Part shown: positions 46,416 through 56,210 of the stretch, in pieces | How the letters are laid out: each line of letters opens with the position of its first letter | How positions within the stretch are numbered: position 1 is the stretch's first letter | Origin: Chthoniobacterales bacterium | GTDB taxonomy: Bacteria > Verrucomicrobiota > Verrucomicrobiia > Chthoniobacterales > JAFAMB01 | NCBI GenBank assembly: GCA_036401335.1 | Contig: DASWVC010000276.1 | Location: forward strand, 741 to 64,740 | Length of the DNA stretch: 64,000 bases | Direction of reading: 5' to 3' | Translations under genes and position numbers: made by a program | The notes under the pieces: model-generated | Database searches by the model: none | Told to the model about the DNA's origin: nothing | Seen by the model: only the letters and a program-made list of their open reading frames with translations

Positions 46416-47279
46416 TCAGCGCAAGAGGTGTTCTTCAACCGCCTTTGCGAACCCCTCCTCATCCATGCCTGCGGTCACCCAGGTCGCAATCTGTTTGACC
46501 TCGTCACTGGCTTGTCCCATGGCGATGGAGTAACCACTCTTACGGAACATCAGCATATCATTGGGCATGTCCCCGATCGTGCAGATTTCGCCGGCCGGAA
46601 TCTTGAGAAGCTCGCTCAGGGCGGAGACGACCGATCCTTTGTTGGCTTCCGGATGGGTCACATCAAGGTAATAAGGCTGGGACCGGGCCGCCGATACGCT
46701 GGGATGAACGTCCCGAGAGGGGGTCGTCTGCTTGGTGTGCACGTCCTGCCCGAAGGATTGTTGGAGGGCCTGCTCGGCTTTTCCGACCAGGGCGTAATCG
46801 TCGCTGACACCGACCACCTTGGCAATTCCCTGAGCAAACGCCGCATCGAAATTGTCGACCACGGTGGGAGGAAACTGGACGGTTCGCTCTTCCTTTTCCC
46901 GATGGGGCGCGTTCCAGTTGCGCAAATACCAGTCCACGCCCGCGTAAACCCAGACGTCCAAGCCAAACCCGGCAATCGCATCGATCACGGCTTTGGCAAC
47001 GCCAGCCTCAAGGGTATAGGCGCTGAGCACGGCCAGGGTTTTCGGATCAACCATCATTCCGCCGTTGAACGCCGCAATCGGGGCAGATAACGCGACCTTT
47101 TCCGCAATCATTTTCATCCCTCGCGGGGGACGCCCGCTGGTGACGGCAAACTTCACGCCGGCTGTCTGCAACTGCTGGATCGCGGCAGCCGCCCGTTCCG
47201 TAATCCGCTTTTGGCTGTCGACAAGCGTGCCATCCACGTCGGCCAGAAGCAGGGAGATTTTTTCTTTATTCAAGCTCAT
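46416..47279 (-). CDS. Cof-type HAD-IIB hydrolase
   Basis: MSLNKEKISLLLADVDGTLVDS...FAVTSGRPPRG...TIGDMPNDMLMFRKSGYSIAMGQA. Confidence 0.85.
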   Translation of the reverse strand: MSLNKEKISLLLADVDGTLVDSQKRITERAAAAIQQLQTAGVKFAVTSGRPPRGMKMIAEKVALSAPIAAFNGGMMVDPKTLAVLSAYTLEAGVAKAVIDAIAGFGLDVWVYAGVDWYLRNWNAPHREKEERTVQFPPTVVDNFDAAFAQGIAKVVGVSDDYALVGKAEQALQQSFGQDVHTKQTTPSRDVHPSVSAARSQPYYLDVTHPEANKGSVVSALSELLKIPAGEICTIGDMPNDMLMFRKSGYSIAMGQASDEVKQIATWVTAGMDEEGFAKAVEEHLLR

Positions 47280-47297
47280 AGCAGGATTGCAAGCCCG

Positions 47298-47420
47298 TTA
47301 GCGCGGCGATTCGTCGTCGTCCACCCCGGAGATTGGCAGCGCATGGGTCATGGGAACGTCAGTCAAGCAAACTGCCGTGGTTGCCGAACGCCGTCCATGC
47401 GACCTTGGTATCATGGCCAA
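47298..47420 (-). pseudogene. orphan 5' stub of a FixJ-type REC gene (leader plus first 17 codons)
   Basis: The minus strand reads GGCCATGATACCAAGG...TTGCTTGACTGACGTTCCCATGACCCATGCGCTGCCAATCTCCGGGGTGGACGACGACGAATCGCCGCGCTAA. It aligns by eye with the leader and start of the REC gene at 33521-33410 (MTEVSLISVVDDDES versus MTHALPISGVDDDES), then stops 19 nt before the HAD gene start. Confidence 0.55.
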
Positions 47421-47613
47421 GGGGGGGGAAGGATCGGCCTTTTCAGAGACGATTAGTCGAACGTTCGAACTTTCACTCCCCCTCCCCTGCCGTAACGCCG
47501 GGTTGGAAACTCCTCATAGCCAATGACTTGTAGCTTACCTGCAACCTTGGCACGAATCCTGATCTTATACGGCGAGACTGACCGGCGAACCGGGCAACTG
47601 CTTCCCACTGCTC

Positions 47614-48102
47614 ATGAACGCACCAAACCAGATCATTCAGTGTCCGCCGGTTCCTCCTTTTACCCGTGAGACCGCCATCGAGAAAGTGCGGTTGGCGGAA
47701 AACAACTGGAACCGCAGGGACGCGGAAAAGGTTGCGTTGGGGTACACGGTAGACAGTTGGTGGCGCAACCGGGTCGAATTCATGCACGGCCGGCCAGCCA
47801 TTATCGACTTCCTTACCCGCAAGTGGAACAAGGAACTGGATTACCGTCTCATCAAGGAACTGTGGGCTTTCGACGGAAACCGGATCGCGGTGCGTTTTGC
47901 CTACGAGTGGCATGACGACTCAGGCAATTGGTTTCGCTCTTATGGCAACGAGAACTGGGAGTTCGACCGGAATGGATTGATGCACCATCGGCACGCGTGC
48001 ATCAACGACCTGCCGATCAAGGAAGCTGAACGCAAGTTCCGTTGGGACGCTTCCTTCCCCCGCGCTCTCGAACACGCCGGACTAACCGACCTGGGTTTGT
48101 AA
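47614..48102 (+). CDS. DUF1348 / NTF2-like (SnoaL-fold) protein
   Basis: 162 aa. It reads ...[23 protein letters not shown]...[10 protein letters not shown]...[21 protein letters not shown]...[11 protein letters not shown]. Confidence 0.8.
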   Translation: MNAPNQIIQCPPVPPFTRETAIEKVRLAENNWNRRDAEKVALGYTVDSWWRNRVEFMHGRPAIIDFLTRKWNKELDYRLIKELWAFDGNRIAVRFAYEWHDDSGNWFRSYGNENWEFDRNGLMHHRHACINDLPIKEAERKFRWDASFPRALEHAGLTDLGL

Positions 48103-48192
48103 GCCGTCCACCCTCGCACAGCTGATGCCTACGATGCCGACCAAAGACGGAAGTCAATTTCACCGGGAGCTGTACCTCCGGGCCTGAACGCG

Positions 48193-48855
48193 ATGGCCGA
48201 CAAGTACATGCAACTTGTGCTCACGCCCGCCGTTCAGCAGGCCCAGGATAAATATTTCGGGAAGCACCAGGTCGTGGAGCATGCGCCCGAGGCCGATGCG
48301 CTTACTCAGGACGAAGCGGATTTTATCGCCGCGCGTGACAGTTTCTACCTGGCATCGATCAGCGAGACCGGTTGGCCCTACGTGCAACACCGGGGCGGTC
48401 CCATCGGATTTGTAAAGGTACTGGGACCGACCCTCGTCGGTTTCGCGGACTTCCAGGGCAACCGCCAGCTCGTCACCACAGGCAACCTGGGCGTAACCGA
48501 TCGGGTGGCCCTCTTTTTAATGGACTACCCGCACCGCACACGGCTCAAGCTGCTCGGCCACGGGCGGGTACTCGACGCGCGCGAACATCCCGAACTTGTC
48601 GATCAACTTGCCCCCGAGCCGCTTCGCCGCAAGGTGGAGCGATTGTTCCTCATCCAGGTCGTTTCCTATGATTGGAACTGCCCGCAATACATCACTCCCC
48701 GTTTCACGGCCGCTGAGGTGGAAAAGTACGTCGCGCCGCTGAAAGCCCGGATCGCCGAGTTGGAAGCCCAGCTCGCCTTCCGCGACACGCCCGAGGGCAT
48801 TGCTGAATCAAAAAGGCCCGGCTCATCCTGGCCTGACAACTCACCCCGCCGTTAA
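48193..48855 (+). CDS. pyridoxamine 5'-phosphate oxidase-like FMN-binding protein
   Basis: 220 aa. It reads ...RDSFYLASISETGWPYVQHRGGPIGF...FQGNRQLVTTGNL...YDWNCPQYITPRF. Confidence 0.8.
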   Translation: MADKYMQLVLTPAVQQAQDKYFGKHQVVEHAPEADALTQDEADFIAARDSFYLASISETGWPYVQHRGGPIGFVKVLGPTLVGFADFQGNRQLVTTGNLGVTDRVALFLMDYPHRTRLKLLGHGRVLDAREHPELVDQLAPEPLRRKVERLFLIQVVSYDWNCPQYITPRFTAAEVEKYVAPLKARIAELEAQLAFRDTPEGIAESKRPGSSWPDNSPRR

Positions 48856-48873
48856 CCGCAACCAAATAAGAAA

Positions 48874-49773
48874 ATGAACACACATAACCCGTCCATTCCC
48901 AACCAATACCCGGTGCGTTACAACACCGTCCGCGTGAACGAACTGGATGTCTTCTACCGGGAAGCCGGCCCGCAAGACGCACCTACCCTCCTGCTTTTGC
49001 ATGGCTTTCCGACGTCGTCCAACATGTTCAGGAACCTCATCCCGCGCCTTGCTAACTCGTTCCATGTGGTGGCTCCCGACTACCCCGGCTTCGGTCAGAC
49101 CAGCATGCCGAGCCACAAGGATTTTGCTTACACGTTCGAGAACCTGACCAACGTGGTGGAGCAACTGGTCGAGAAACTTGGGCTTACTAGTTACGCGCTT
49201 TACGTCATGGATTACGGCGCTCCGGTGGGTTACCGTCTGGCGTTGCGCCACCCCGAGCGTGTGCAGGCGCTCATCGTGCAAAACGGCAATGCCTACGATG
49301 AAGGCCTCCGGGAGTTCTGGGATCCCATCAAGAAATACTGGAACGATCCCACGCCGGAGAACCGTCAGGCCATCCACTTCCTGGTCGATCCGAAGTCGAC
49401 CCGATGGCAGTACGAGAACGGCGTGGCTGACCGCACACTCTTGGATCCGACCACCTGGATGGTGGATCAGGTCGGGTTGGACCGTCCCGGCAATGACGAG
49501 ATCCAATTGGATCTGTTCTACAGCTATCGAACCAATGTGCCGCTCTATCCCGAGTTCCAAGCCTTCTTCCGGCAGTACCAGCCGCCGACGTTGATTGTCT
49601 GGGGCAAGAACGACGTCATCTTCCCGCCGGAGGGCGCCGCACCCTACGCTCGCGATTTGCGGGCCGTGGAGACGCATTTACTGGATACGGGTCATTTCGC
49701 TCTCGAAACCCACGGGGAGGAAATCGCCAGCCGCATCGAGGGTTTTCTCCAGCAGCACCAACCGGCGCGTTGA
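48874..49773 (+). CDS. alpha/beta hydrolase (epoxide hydrolase/haloalkane dehalogenase-like)
   Basis: ...[19 protein letters not shown]...[12 protein letters not shown]...[10 protein letters not shown]...WGKNDVIFP...DTGHFALE. Confidence 0.85.
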   Translation: MNTHNPSIPNQYPVRYNTVRVNELDVFYREAGPQDAPTLLLLHGFPTSSNMFRNLIPRLANSFHVVAPDYPGFGQTSMPSHKDFAYTFENLTNVVEQLVEKLGLTSYALYVMDYGAPVGYRLALRHPERVQALIVQNGNAYDEGLREFWDPIKKYWNDPTPENRQAIHFLVDPKSTRWQYENGVADRTLLDPTTWMVDQVGLDRPGNDEIQLDLFYSYRTNVPLYPEFQAFFRQYQPPTLIVWGKNDVIFPPEGAAPYARDLRAVETHLLDTGHFALETHGEEIASRIEGFLQQHQPAR

Positions 49774-49845
49774 TCCGCCGCTCGTGACACCGGGCCAGCT
49801 TGCAAGGCGGTCCCGGCTGCCTGATAACCTCATCCGGAGTTCACT

Positions 49846-50499
49846 ATGGAAATTCATCGGGAAGACACGGCCCTTGTATTTATCGATCCGCAGAACGACG
49901 TCCTGAGCGAAAAGGGCCTTGCCTGGCCCCTGCTCCGTGAAAGTCTGCAAGAAAACAACACCATTGAGAACATGGAGCGCCTTTTCCGGGCCGCGAAGGC
50001 GGATGGGTACGAGGTCTTCATCTCCCCTCACTATTTTTACCCTACCGACAAAGGCTGGAAATTCAACGGACCGCTCGAGACCGACGAAGCAACCTCAGGG
50101 TTGTTTGCTCGCAAAGGCCCATTGAATCTCGACGGCCTGGAAGGTTCCGGCGCGGACTGGCTGGAGCGTTTCAAGCCTTACATTGAAGATGGCAAGACCA
50201 TTGTGGTCGCGCCGCACCGGGTGTGGGGGCCGGAGAGCAACGACCTCGTTCTCCAGCTTCGGAAACGCAGGATCAGCAAAATCATCCTGGGCGGCATGCT
50301 CGCCAACATGTGCGTCGAATCCCACCTGCGGGAATTGCTCGAACAGGGGTTTGAAGTAGGCGTGGTGAAAGATGCGACGGCCGGGCCGAAGCACCCGGAA
50401 TGGGGCTACGGTTACACCGCGGCGCTCATCAACTACGCGTTCCTTGCCCACGCGGTCTGGACCACGGACCAGGCGGTGAAGGCGATGAAACACGGTTAA
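49846..50499 (+). CDS. isochorismatase-family cysteine hydrolase
   Basis: TALVFIDPQNDVLS...KIILGGMLANMCVESHLRELLEQGFEVGVVKDATA. Confidence 0.85.
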   Translation: MEIHREDTALVFIDPQNDVLSEKGLAWPLLRESLQENNTIENMERLFRAAKADGYEVFISPHYFYPTDKGWKFNGPLETDEATSGLFARKGPLNLDGLEGSGADWLERFKPYIEDGKTIVVAPHRVWGPESNDLVLQLRKRRISKIILGGMLANMCVESHLRELLEQGFEVGVVKDATAGPKHPEWGYGYTAALINYAFLAHAVWTTDQAVKAMKHG

Positions 50500-50608
50500 C
50501 CGTCGCGGGCCACAGCACCACCTGAAGGCCGGATGTCATGAAGGGTCAGGGACAATCTCGACATCCGACCGGAAAAACCGCTAAGTCGCGGGCATAACTT
50601 TACCCGAA

Positions 50609-52009
50609 ATGAATGATCCAGAAACTTACGATGCCGTGGTCATAGGAAGCGGCAAAGGCGGTAAGATTTTGGCGACGCACCTGGGCCGCCACAACCACAA
50701 AACAGCCCTGATCGAACGCGACCCGCTGATGATCGGAGGTGGCTGCATCAACATCGCCTGCATCCCCACCAAAACGTTCATCGCCAGCGCGCGGCTGGTC
50801 CATTCCATCCGACGAGCCGCTGAGTTCGGCGTCAGGGTGGACGGCGTCTCGGTCGACTGGCCGGGCGTGCAGAAGCGGGTTGAGGAAGTGGTATCGGAGA
50901 TGCGCGCGTTGAACCACAAGAACTTTACCTCGCTGCCGAGCCTCGAATTCATCTTGGGGACCGGGCGCTTTTTAGGCCCGCAACGGCTCGAAGTGACGCA
51001 AAATGACGGCAAGGTCCGGCAACTCACCTCCAAACGCATTTTCATCGACACCGGCACCCGGCCGGCGGTTCCGGATGTGCCAGGCTTACGGGACATTCCC
51101 TTTCTGACCAGCGACAGCATCCAACGGCTGAAAGCCGTTCCTTCGCGCCTTCTGGTGCTCGGAGGCGGGTACATCGGGCTCGAGTTTGCCCAGATGATGC
51201 ATCGGTTCGGAAGCCAAGTGACTCTCCTTGAACGAGGCCGACAACTCGTCGGCCAGGAAGATTCCGACATGGCCGAGGCGCTGGCAAGCATTCTGACAAA
51301 CGAAGGCATCGAGATCCGGCTTGATGCGGCCGTGGAACAGATTCGTAACGTGACTGACGATGTGGTGAAAGTCGCTTTCCGAACGCCCAAAGGACCTCAG
51401 GAATGGACCGGCTCCCACGTCTTGGTTGCCCTGGGCCGCGCTCCTGTGACCAACGCGCTGAACCTGCCCGCGGCCGGGGTCGAAACAACGGCCAAGGGCT
51501 TTATCAAAGTCAACGACCGCCTGGAGACAAACGTTTCCGGCATCTGGGCCCTGGGTGATGTGAGCGGCGGACCCCAATTCACCCACGCCTCCCTGGATGA
51601 TTTTCGGATCGTTAGAGACAACGTATTCGGGAGCGGTTCCCGCTCCCGAAGCGATCGGCTCGTTCCTTCGACCCTATTCACCGAACCGGAGCTGGCTCAC
51701 ATCGGCCTGACGGAAAAGGAGGCTGCGGCGCGGGGATTGGACGTTCGCGTGCTCAAGGTCCCGATCACCCCGTTGACGGTGCCCCGGGCAAGGACCACGG
51801 GTCAAACAAACGGGCTGCTGAAGGCCACGATTGAAAAATCCAGTCAACGGATCCTCGGCTGCACAATCCTGGCGGCTGAAGCCGGTGAGATGATTGGCAC
51901 CGTGCAGGCCGTCATGATGGCGCAACTGCCTGCCAGCACGCTCCGCGAAGCTGTGCTCTCCCATCCCACCATGGTTGAGGGATTCAACGCCCTCTTTGCC
52001 GGCTTGTGA
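50609..52009 (+). CDS. class I pyridine nucleotide-disulfide oxidoreductase (mercuric reductase/dihydrolipoamide dehydrogenase-like)
   Basis: YDAVVIGSGKGGK...GGGCINIACIPTK contains the CxxxxC redox pair. A second dinucleotide fold reads LLVLGGGYIGLEFAQ, and the C-terminal dimerisation motif is ...HPTMVEGF. Confidence 0.85.
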   Translation: MNDPETYDAVVIGSGKGGKILATHLGRHNHKTALIERDPLMIGGGCINIACIPTKTFIASARLVHSIRRAAEFGVRVDGVSVDWPGVQKRVEEVVSEMRALNHKNFTSLPSLEFILGTGRFLGPQRLEVTQNDGKVRQLTSKRIFIDTGTRPAVPDVPGLRDIPFLTSDSIQRLKAVPSRLLVLGGGYIGLEFAQMMHRFGSQVTLLERGRQLVGQEDSDMAEALASILTNEGIEIRLDAAVEQIRNVTDDVVKVAFRTPKGPQEWTGSHVLVALGRAPVTNALNLPAAGVETTAKGFIKVNDRLETNVSGIWALGDVSGGPQFTHASLDDFRIVRDNVFGSGSRSRSDRLVPSTLFTEPELAHIGLTEKEAAARGLDVRVLKVPITPLTVPRARTTGQTNGLLKATIEKSSQRILGCTILAAEAGEMIGTVQAVMMAQLPASTLREAVLSHPTMVEGFNALFAGL

Positions 52010-52103
52010 GCTTCTCGCCAGCAGGCTGCGCACGCCTGCTGCGCTCTCGCCGCCCACGACTTACTTTCTCGCTTATCAGTGCCGCAGGTATCAGGCTGGC
52101 ATC

Positions 52104-52634
52104 ATGAAACTATACATTGGCGCACTTCTCATCCTGTTGACCCCCATGGTCCAGGGGGCCACGGTTCAGGAACTCACCTTTGACGTCAGTGGAACATTCC
52201 CAGCCAATTGCGCAAAGTCCAAGCTGACCGCACCGAACGCATCTTTCCTGATCGAATTTACGGTAAAGCAACTGGTGCCGGCTACCCCAAGTCCCGGACC
52301 GTTATTCTTCCAAACGCCGCTGATTGCCGCCTCGTACAGCTTCGAAGGCCTTACGCATCCTGCCCCGTCCACCAGTTCCTTCCTCCACTCTGACAGCGCC
52401 GGCAACCTCGAATCCATCACCCTGACGTTTAAGACCGGCACGTTCCTGCTTTCCAGCACACCTATCTTTCACTCGCCTATTCTAGCCATGCACGTCGGTG
52501 CCGACGGCAGGTTCGTCGCGGGCAACCTGGGTGCGGGGCTGGGCTGGCGCGTGCAGTACACTCCCATCGGCGCGCCCGCCGTGAACAACCCGGTGAGCGT
52601 GTCCGAAGTGGTTAGCAGAGTAGCGCTGCCTTAG
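52104..52634 (+). CDS. secreted hypothetical protein
   Basis: Signal peptide MKLYIGALLILLTPMVQGA. The composition suggests a beta-rich protein, and I recognise no domain. Confidence 0.5.
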   Translation: MKLYIGALLILLTPMVQGATVQELTFDVSGTFPANCAKSKLTAPNASFLIEFTVKQLVPATPSPGPLFFQTPLIAASYSFEGLTHPAPSTSSFLHSDSAGNLESITLTFKTGTFLLSSTPIFHSPILAMHVGADGRFVAGNLGAGLGWRVQYTPIGAPAVNNPVSVSEVVSRVALP

Positions 52635-52677
52635 CCGGGCGATGTTGTTGCAGGCCGTTGCCGGTGCCTCGTTGGGG

Positions 52678-54126
52678 TCATTCAATCCAGTCTCCGGTTT
52701 TCAAGGATTTCACGGCGGCGTTGGCCGCATGAAATCCACACATACCGTGTACGCCGCCGCCAGGCGGAGTCGATGAAGAGCAGAGGAAAACACCCTTGAT
52801 CGGGATCCGATACGGCGCAGGGCTCAAGGTAGGCCGGGCAAGCAACTGCCATAAATCATTGGCGCCTCCGGTGATGGCCCCTCCGACCAGGTTGGGATTT
52901 TCGCTTTCGAGCTGCGCTGCGGCAGTGACATGGCGACCAAGCACACGACTGCGGAAAGCCGGAGCGAAGCGGGAAATCTCGTTCTCGATTCGTTCGGTCA
53001 TGTCAATGGACGAACCGTTGGGAACGTGACAATACACCCATGCCGTGTGGCGGCCGGACGGCGCACGGGTAGGGTCGAACAACGTCGGTTGTGAAAGCAA
53101 CGCGAACGGCCGGTTCGGGCATTGGCCGCGGGCGACCTGACGCTCGGCTTCGGCAATTGCCGCGAAGGGTCCGCCCAAGTGGATCGTCCCAGCTTGCCGA
53201 CAGGTTTCGTGAAGCCACGGGATTGGCCCGTCAAGGGCATAGTCGATTTTGAAAATGCCCGGACCGTACCTGAAACGTTCAAGGGTTCGCCGGTACCGGT
53301 CCGGAAGCTTTTTCCCTGCGATGCAGATAAGTTGACGCGGGGTAACGTCCAATACAACGACTCGCGTGCGAGGCAGTTGGTCCAGGGTTTTGACAAAGGC
53401 ATTCGTCTGAATCTTCCCGCCCAACGTTTCTAAACATTTCCACAGTGCGTCTGCGATGGCCTGGGCGCCACCCACCGGGATGGGCCAGCCAACCGCATGG
53501 CCAAGCATTCCCAGCACAAGGCCAAAGGCCGTCGAGCCGGCGGCAGTCAGCGGCAGAAAAGAGTGCGCCGCCAAACCGGCCAGGAGGGCTGCTGCAGGTG
53601 CCTGTGAGAAGCAGATCCGAACCAGCTCGCGCACGGGCAACAGGGCCAGTTTTCCGAACTTCAGCGCCAGGACCGGATGGCGCGGCACGTGAATGACCGG
53701 CTGGAGAAACTCCTCGAGCAAACTTCCCGCATTCAACACAAGCGGCTCGAAGATCCTGCGATAGCTCCCTGCGTCGTTCCCCAACGCCGCAGCCGTAGCG
53801 CCCACCGATCGCTGAAGCGCGACCGCCTCTCCCGCGGTGATCGGATGCGCTAAAGGCACCGGCGGTTGTACCCAGGCCAACCCATACTGCTCCAGCGGCA
53901 GAGACGAAAAGAACGGTGAAGCCAACCCAAGTGGGTGGACCGCTGACCCAACGTCGTGGCGAAAACCCGGGAAGGTAAGTTCCTCGGTGCGACATGCACC
54001 CCCAACTTTAGCGGTACCCTCAAGAACGAGGGTTGAAAACCCCTGCTGCGCGATGCGGATCGCGGCAGCCAACCCGTTGGGTCCCGCTCCGATTACCACC
54101 GCGTCATATTCATATCCACACTTCAT
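52678..54126 (-). CDS. phytoene-desaturase-family (CrtI-like) NAD(P)/FAD-dependent oxidoreductase
   Basis: YDAVVIGAGPNGLAAAIRIAQQGFSTLVLEG...GGACRT... and C-terminal ...GVFLCSSSTPPGGGVHGMCG. Confidence 0.85.
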   Translation of the reverse strand: MKCGYEYDAVVIGAGPNGLAAAIRIAQQGFSTLVLEGTAKVGGACRTEELTFPGFRHDVGSAVHPLGLASPFFSSLPLEQYGLAWVQPPVPLAHPITAGEAVALQRSVGATAAALGNDAGSYRRIFEPLVLNAGSLLEEFLQPVIHVPRHPVLALKFGKLALLPVRELVRICFSQAPAAALLAGLAAHSFLPLTAAGSTAFGLVLGMLGHAVGWPIPVGGAQAIADALWKCLETLGGKIQTNAFVKTLDQLPRTRVVVLDVTPRQLICIAGKKLPDRYRRTLERFRYGPGIFKIDYALDGPIPWLHETCRQAGTIHLGGPFAAIAEAERQVARGQCPNRPFALLSQPTLFDPTRAPSGRHTAWVYCHVPNGSSIDMTERIENEISRFAPAFRSRVLGRHVTAAAQLESENPNLVGGAITGGANDLWQLLARPTLSPAPYRIPIKGVFLCSSSTPPGGGVHGMCGFHAANAAVKSLKTGDWIE

Positions 54127-54314
54127 CGTGTGCTCGCTCGAATCGTCGGTTCTCGATGCAGTTCGCCATCAGCAGGTGGCGGCAACGGGACCCAGGCTGC
54201 CGGGCGATGGCTGGTCACAAAATAAAGGACCGCGGTAGGTTGAAAAATAAAACAAGTTCTTTTCCGCCCGCAAATGGTTACACTTATAACCGTAGCAAAC
54301 CGATAACCACTACT

Positions 54315-54494
54315 ATGGACGAAAGCACCAAAGATAAGGTTCAAGGCAACATCAACCAAGCTTCCGGCACGGTGAAAGAAAAAGTGGGTGAAGCGACTAA
54401 CGACCCCGACACGCAGGCTGAGGGTGCGGGTGATAAGCTTAAGGGCGCAGTACAGAAAAAGGTCGGCGACATAAAAAAAGTGTTTGAGAAGTAA
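54315..54494 (+). CDS. CsbD-family stress protein
   Basis: MDESTKDKVQGNINQASGTVKEKVGEATNDPDTQAEGAGDKLKGAVQKKVGDIKKVFEK. Confidence 0.8.
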   Translation: MDESTKDKVQGNINQASGTVKEKVGEATNDPDTQAEGAGDKLKGAVQKKVGDIKKVFEK

Positions 54495-54520
54495 TTCGCC
54501 GGCCGATCGGGTTTTCACGA

Positions 54521-54558
54521 CAGCGCACCCTGTAACAGGGTGCGCTGTTCTGTCTTCC
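54521..54558 (+). terminator. rho-independent terminator after the csbD-like gene
   Basis: CAGCGCACCCTG-taa-CAGGGTGCGCTG forms a 12-bp perfect stem, followed by TTCTGTCTTCC. Confidence 0.55.
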
Positions 54559-54608
54559 TCTACCGAAGAACACGGTCCATCAAAGCGTTAAGCCAAACAT
54601 CCAAGGCC

Positions 54609-55319
54609 ATGGGCAGCCGTATTTTGCTGCTCGTGTCGGGTCTGGCGGTGCTTGCCGCCTGCACGGCCCCGCCCCAAACATCCCGGTTTATCACCGTTGC
54701 CAATCAACCGGCCAATGTCGGTGATGCCGGGATCGCGGCCCGCGCCTACCACGATCACGGGGCTTATGATCGCGACCTGATGGTGGTCGCCGGCAACGCC
54801 GAAAAATGGGTGGCGCAGCGCGCCGCGTTCGTGCCTCGACCCGCGCTTGTCCTTGACGTGGACGAGACCGCGTTGTCCAACTGGGAGATTATCAAGCTGG
54901 ATGATTTCGGACGACCAATCGCCGGCCCCTGCATCCCTGGTTCCGGCGCGCCTTGCGGCTGGGCTGCTTGGGACCTCCTCGGCCGCGATCCGGCCATCAG
55001 GCCGACGCTGCAACTGTTCCAGGCTGCACGGAGCGCGAACCTCAGCGTTTTTTTCATTACAGGCCGGCCGGAGGCACAACGCGCCGCCACGGAACGCAAC
55101 CTTCGCAGGGCAGGTTTTGATGGCTACACCAAGCTTTTCATGGTCCCTGATGGCGCCCGTTTTGCTTCCGCCAAGGATTTCAAGACGCCAGTGCGCATCC
55201 AAATTGAGCGGATGGGTTACGCCATCATCGCCAATGTGGGGGATCAACCTTCCGACCTGCTGGGCGGTCACGCCGAAAAGGATTTTCTTTTGCCGGATCC
55301 GTTTTACCGCGTGCCCTGA
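54609..55319 (+). CDS. HAD-superfamily class B/C acid phosphatase lipoprotein
   Basis: MGSRILLLVSGLAVLAACTAPP contains a lipobox. It continues ...ALVLDVDETALSNWE...FFITGRPE...GDQPSDL. Confidence 0.8.
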   Translation: MGSRILLLVSGLAVLAACTAPPQTSRFITVANQPANVGDAGIAARAYHDHGAYDRDLMVVAGNAEKWVAQRAAFVPRPALVLDVDETALSNWEIIKLDDFGRPIAGPCIPGSGAPCGWAAWDLLGRDPAIRPTLQLFQAARSANLSVFFITGRPEAQRAATERNLRRAGFDGYTKLFMVPDGARFASAKDFKTPVRIQIERMGYAIIANVGDQPSDLLGGHAEKDFLLPDPFYRVP

Positions 55320-55430
55320 GGTGTCGCCGCGCGAGAAGTAAGTGCGGCCAACCCGTTCGCCAGCTTCGTGACGGGGGAGTGACCTCCCCGCGCTTGCCTT
55401 CCAGGTGCGTCTGTGTTTTTTTGACTGCCG

Positions 55431-56000
55431 ATGCGATCCCCCCGTTTCCTCCTGGGCTTGGCTTGCGCGCTGGGCTTCCACTTTTCAGCCGCCGCTAACC
55501 CGCTCGCCCTCGCACCAGCCGACTTTGCCGCGCCGCCTTCTACCTTCTACGTCGTGGGGCCTTCGGGGGAATACGTGACCCAGGGCCGGGAGTACCGGGC
55601 CACTTCCGCCGACGGGTTCGAATTTATACCCACGGACAACGGGCCTCTTGGCATCTTCGTAGCCATTGACAATCTTCACACTGAAAAAGATCCGGCCAAA
55701 CAGCAGTCCTATTACCTTGCGGTCGGCGCCCCCTACCACCAACTGCTGAAGCCCGGGGTGTACCTGAGCGCCTACCGGTTTCCGACCGCTCCCTCCCAGG
55801 CGCAGCTCGACGTGACCGTTTACGACCGCGGCAACAACGCAGACCACGGTTATTTTTCGATGCTGGCCATCACCCACGATGCTGCCGGCAATCTCGTTTC
55901 CCGAGCGGTTGATTTCACACTTACGGGCGATGTGGGCGGACGGATCTTTGGCCAGTTGCGCTACCATTCCACCATCCCGACGGTGACGACGTTGAGGTGA
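55431..56000 (+). CDS. secreted hypothetical protein
   Basis: Signal peptide MRSPRFLLGLACALGFHFSAAA. No domain recognised. Confidence 0.5.
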   Translation: MRSPRFLLGLACALGFHFSAAANPLALAPADFAAPPSTFYVVGPSGEYVTQGREYRATSADGFEFIPTDNGPLGIFVAIDNLHTEKDPAKQQSYYLAVGAPYHQLLKPGVYLSAYRFPTAPSQAQLDVTVYDRGNNADHGYFSMLAITHDAAGNLVSRAVDFTLTGDVGGRIFGQLRYHSTIPTVTTLR

Positions 56001-56210
56001 CGGCCGGCGCCTCGGGCCTTGCTTTCCTAGGAAACCGGCCTTGGTCAGACGTCGCTCCCTCCCTGGGGCGCTTGGGGACATGCTCCCCTACCGGGGCCGG
56101 TCTCTCACCGACCGCGACGAGAAGGCCGTCATTTCGGAAAGGATTTTTGACAGTTCCTATAATCAGCATTCCCCCACCCCTGAACGAATGGGTTTTCTAC
56201 TTGTAAACCG

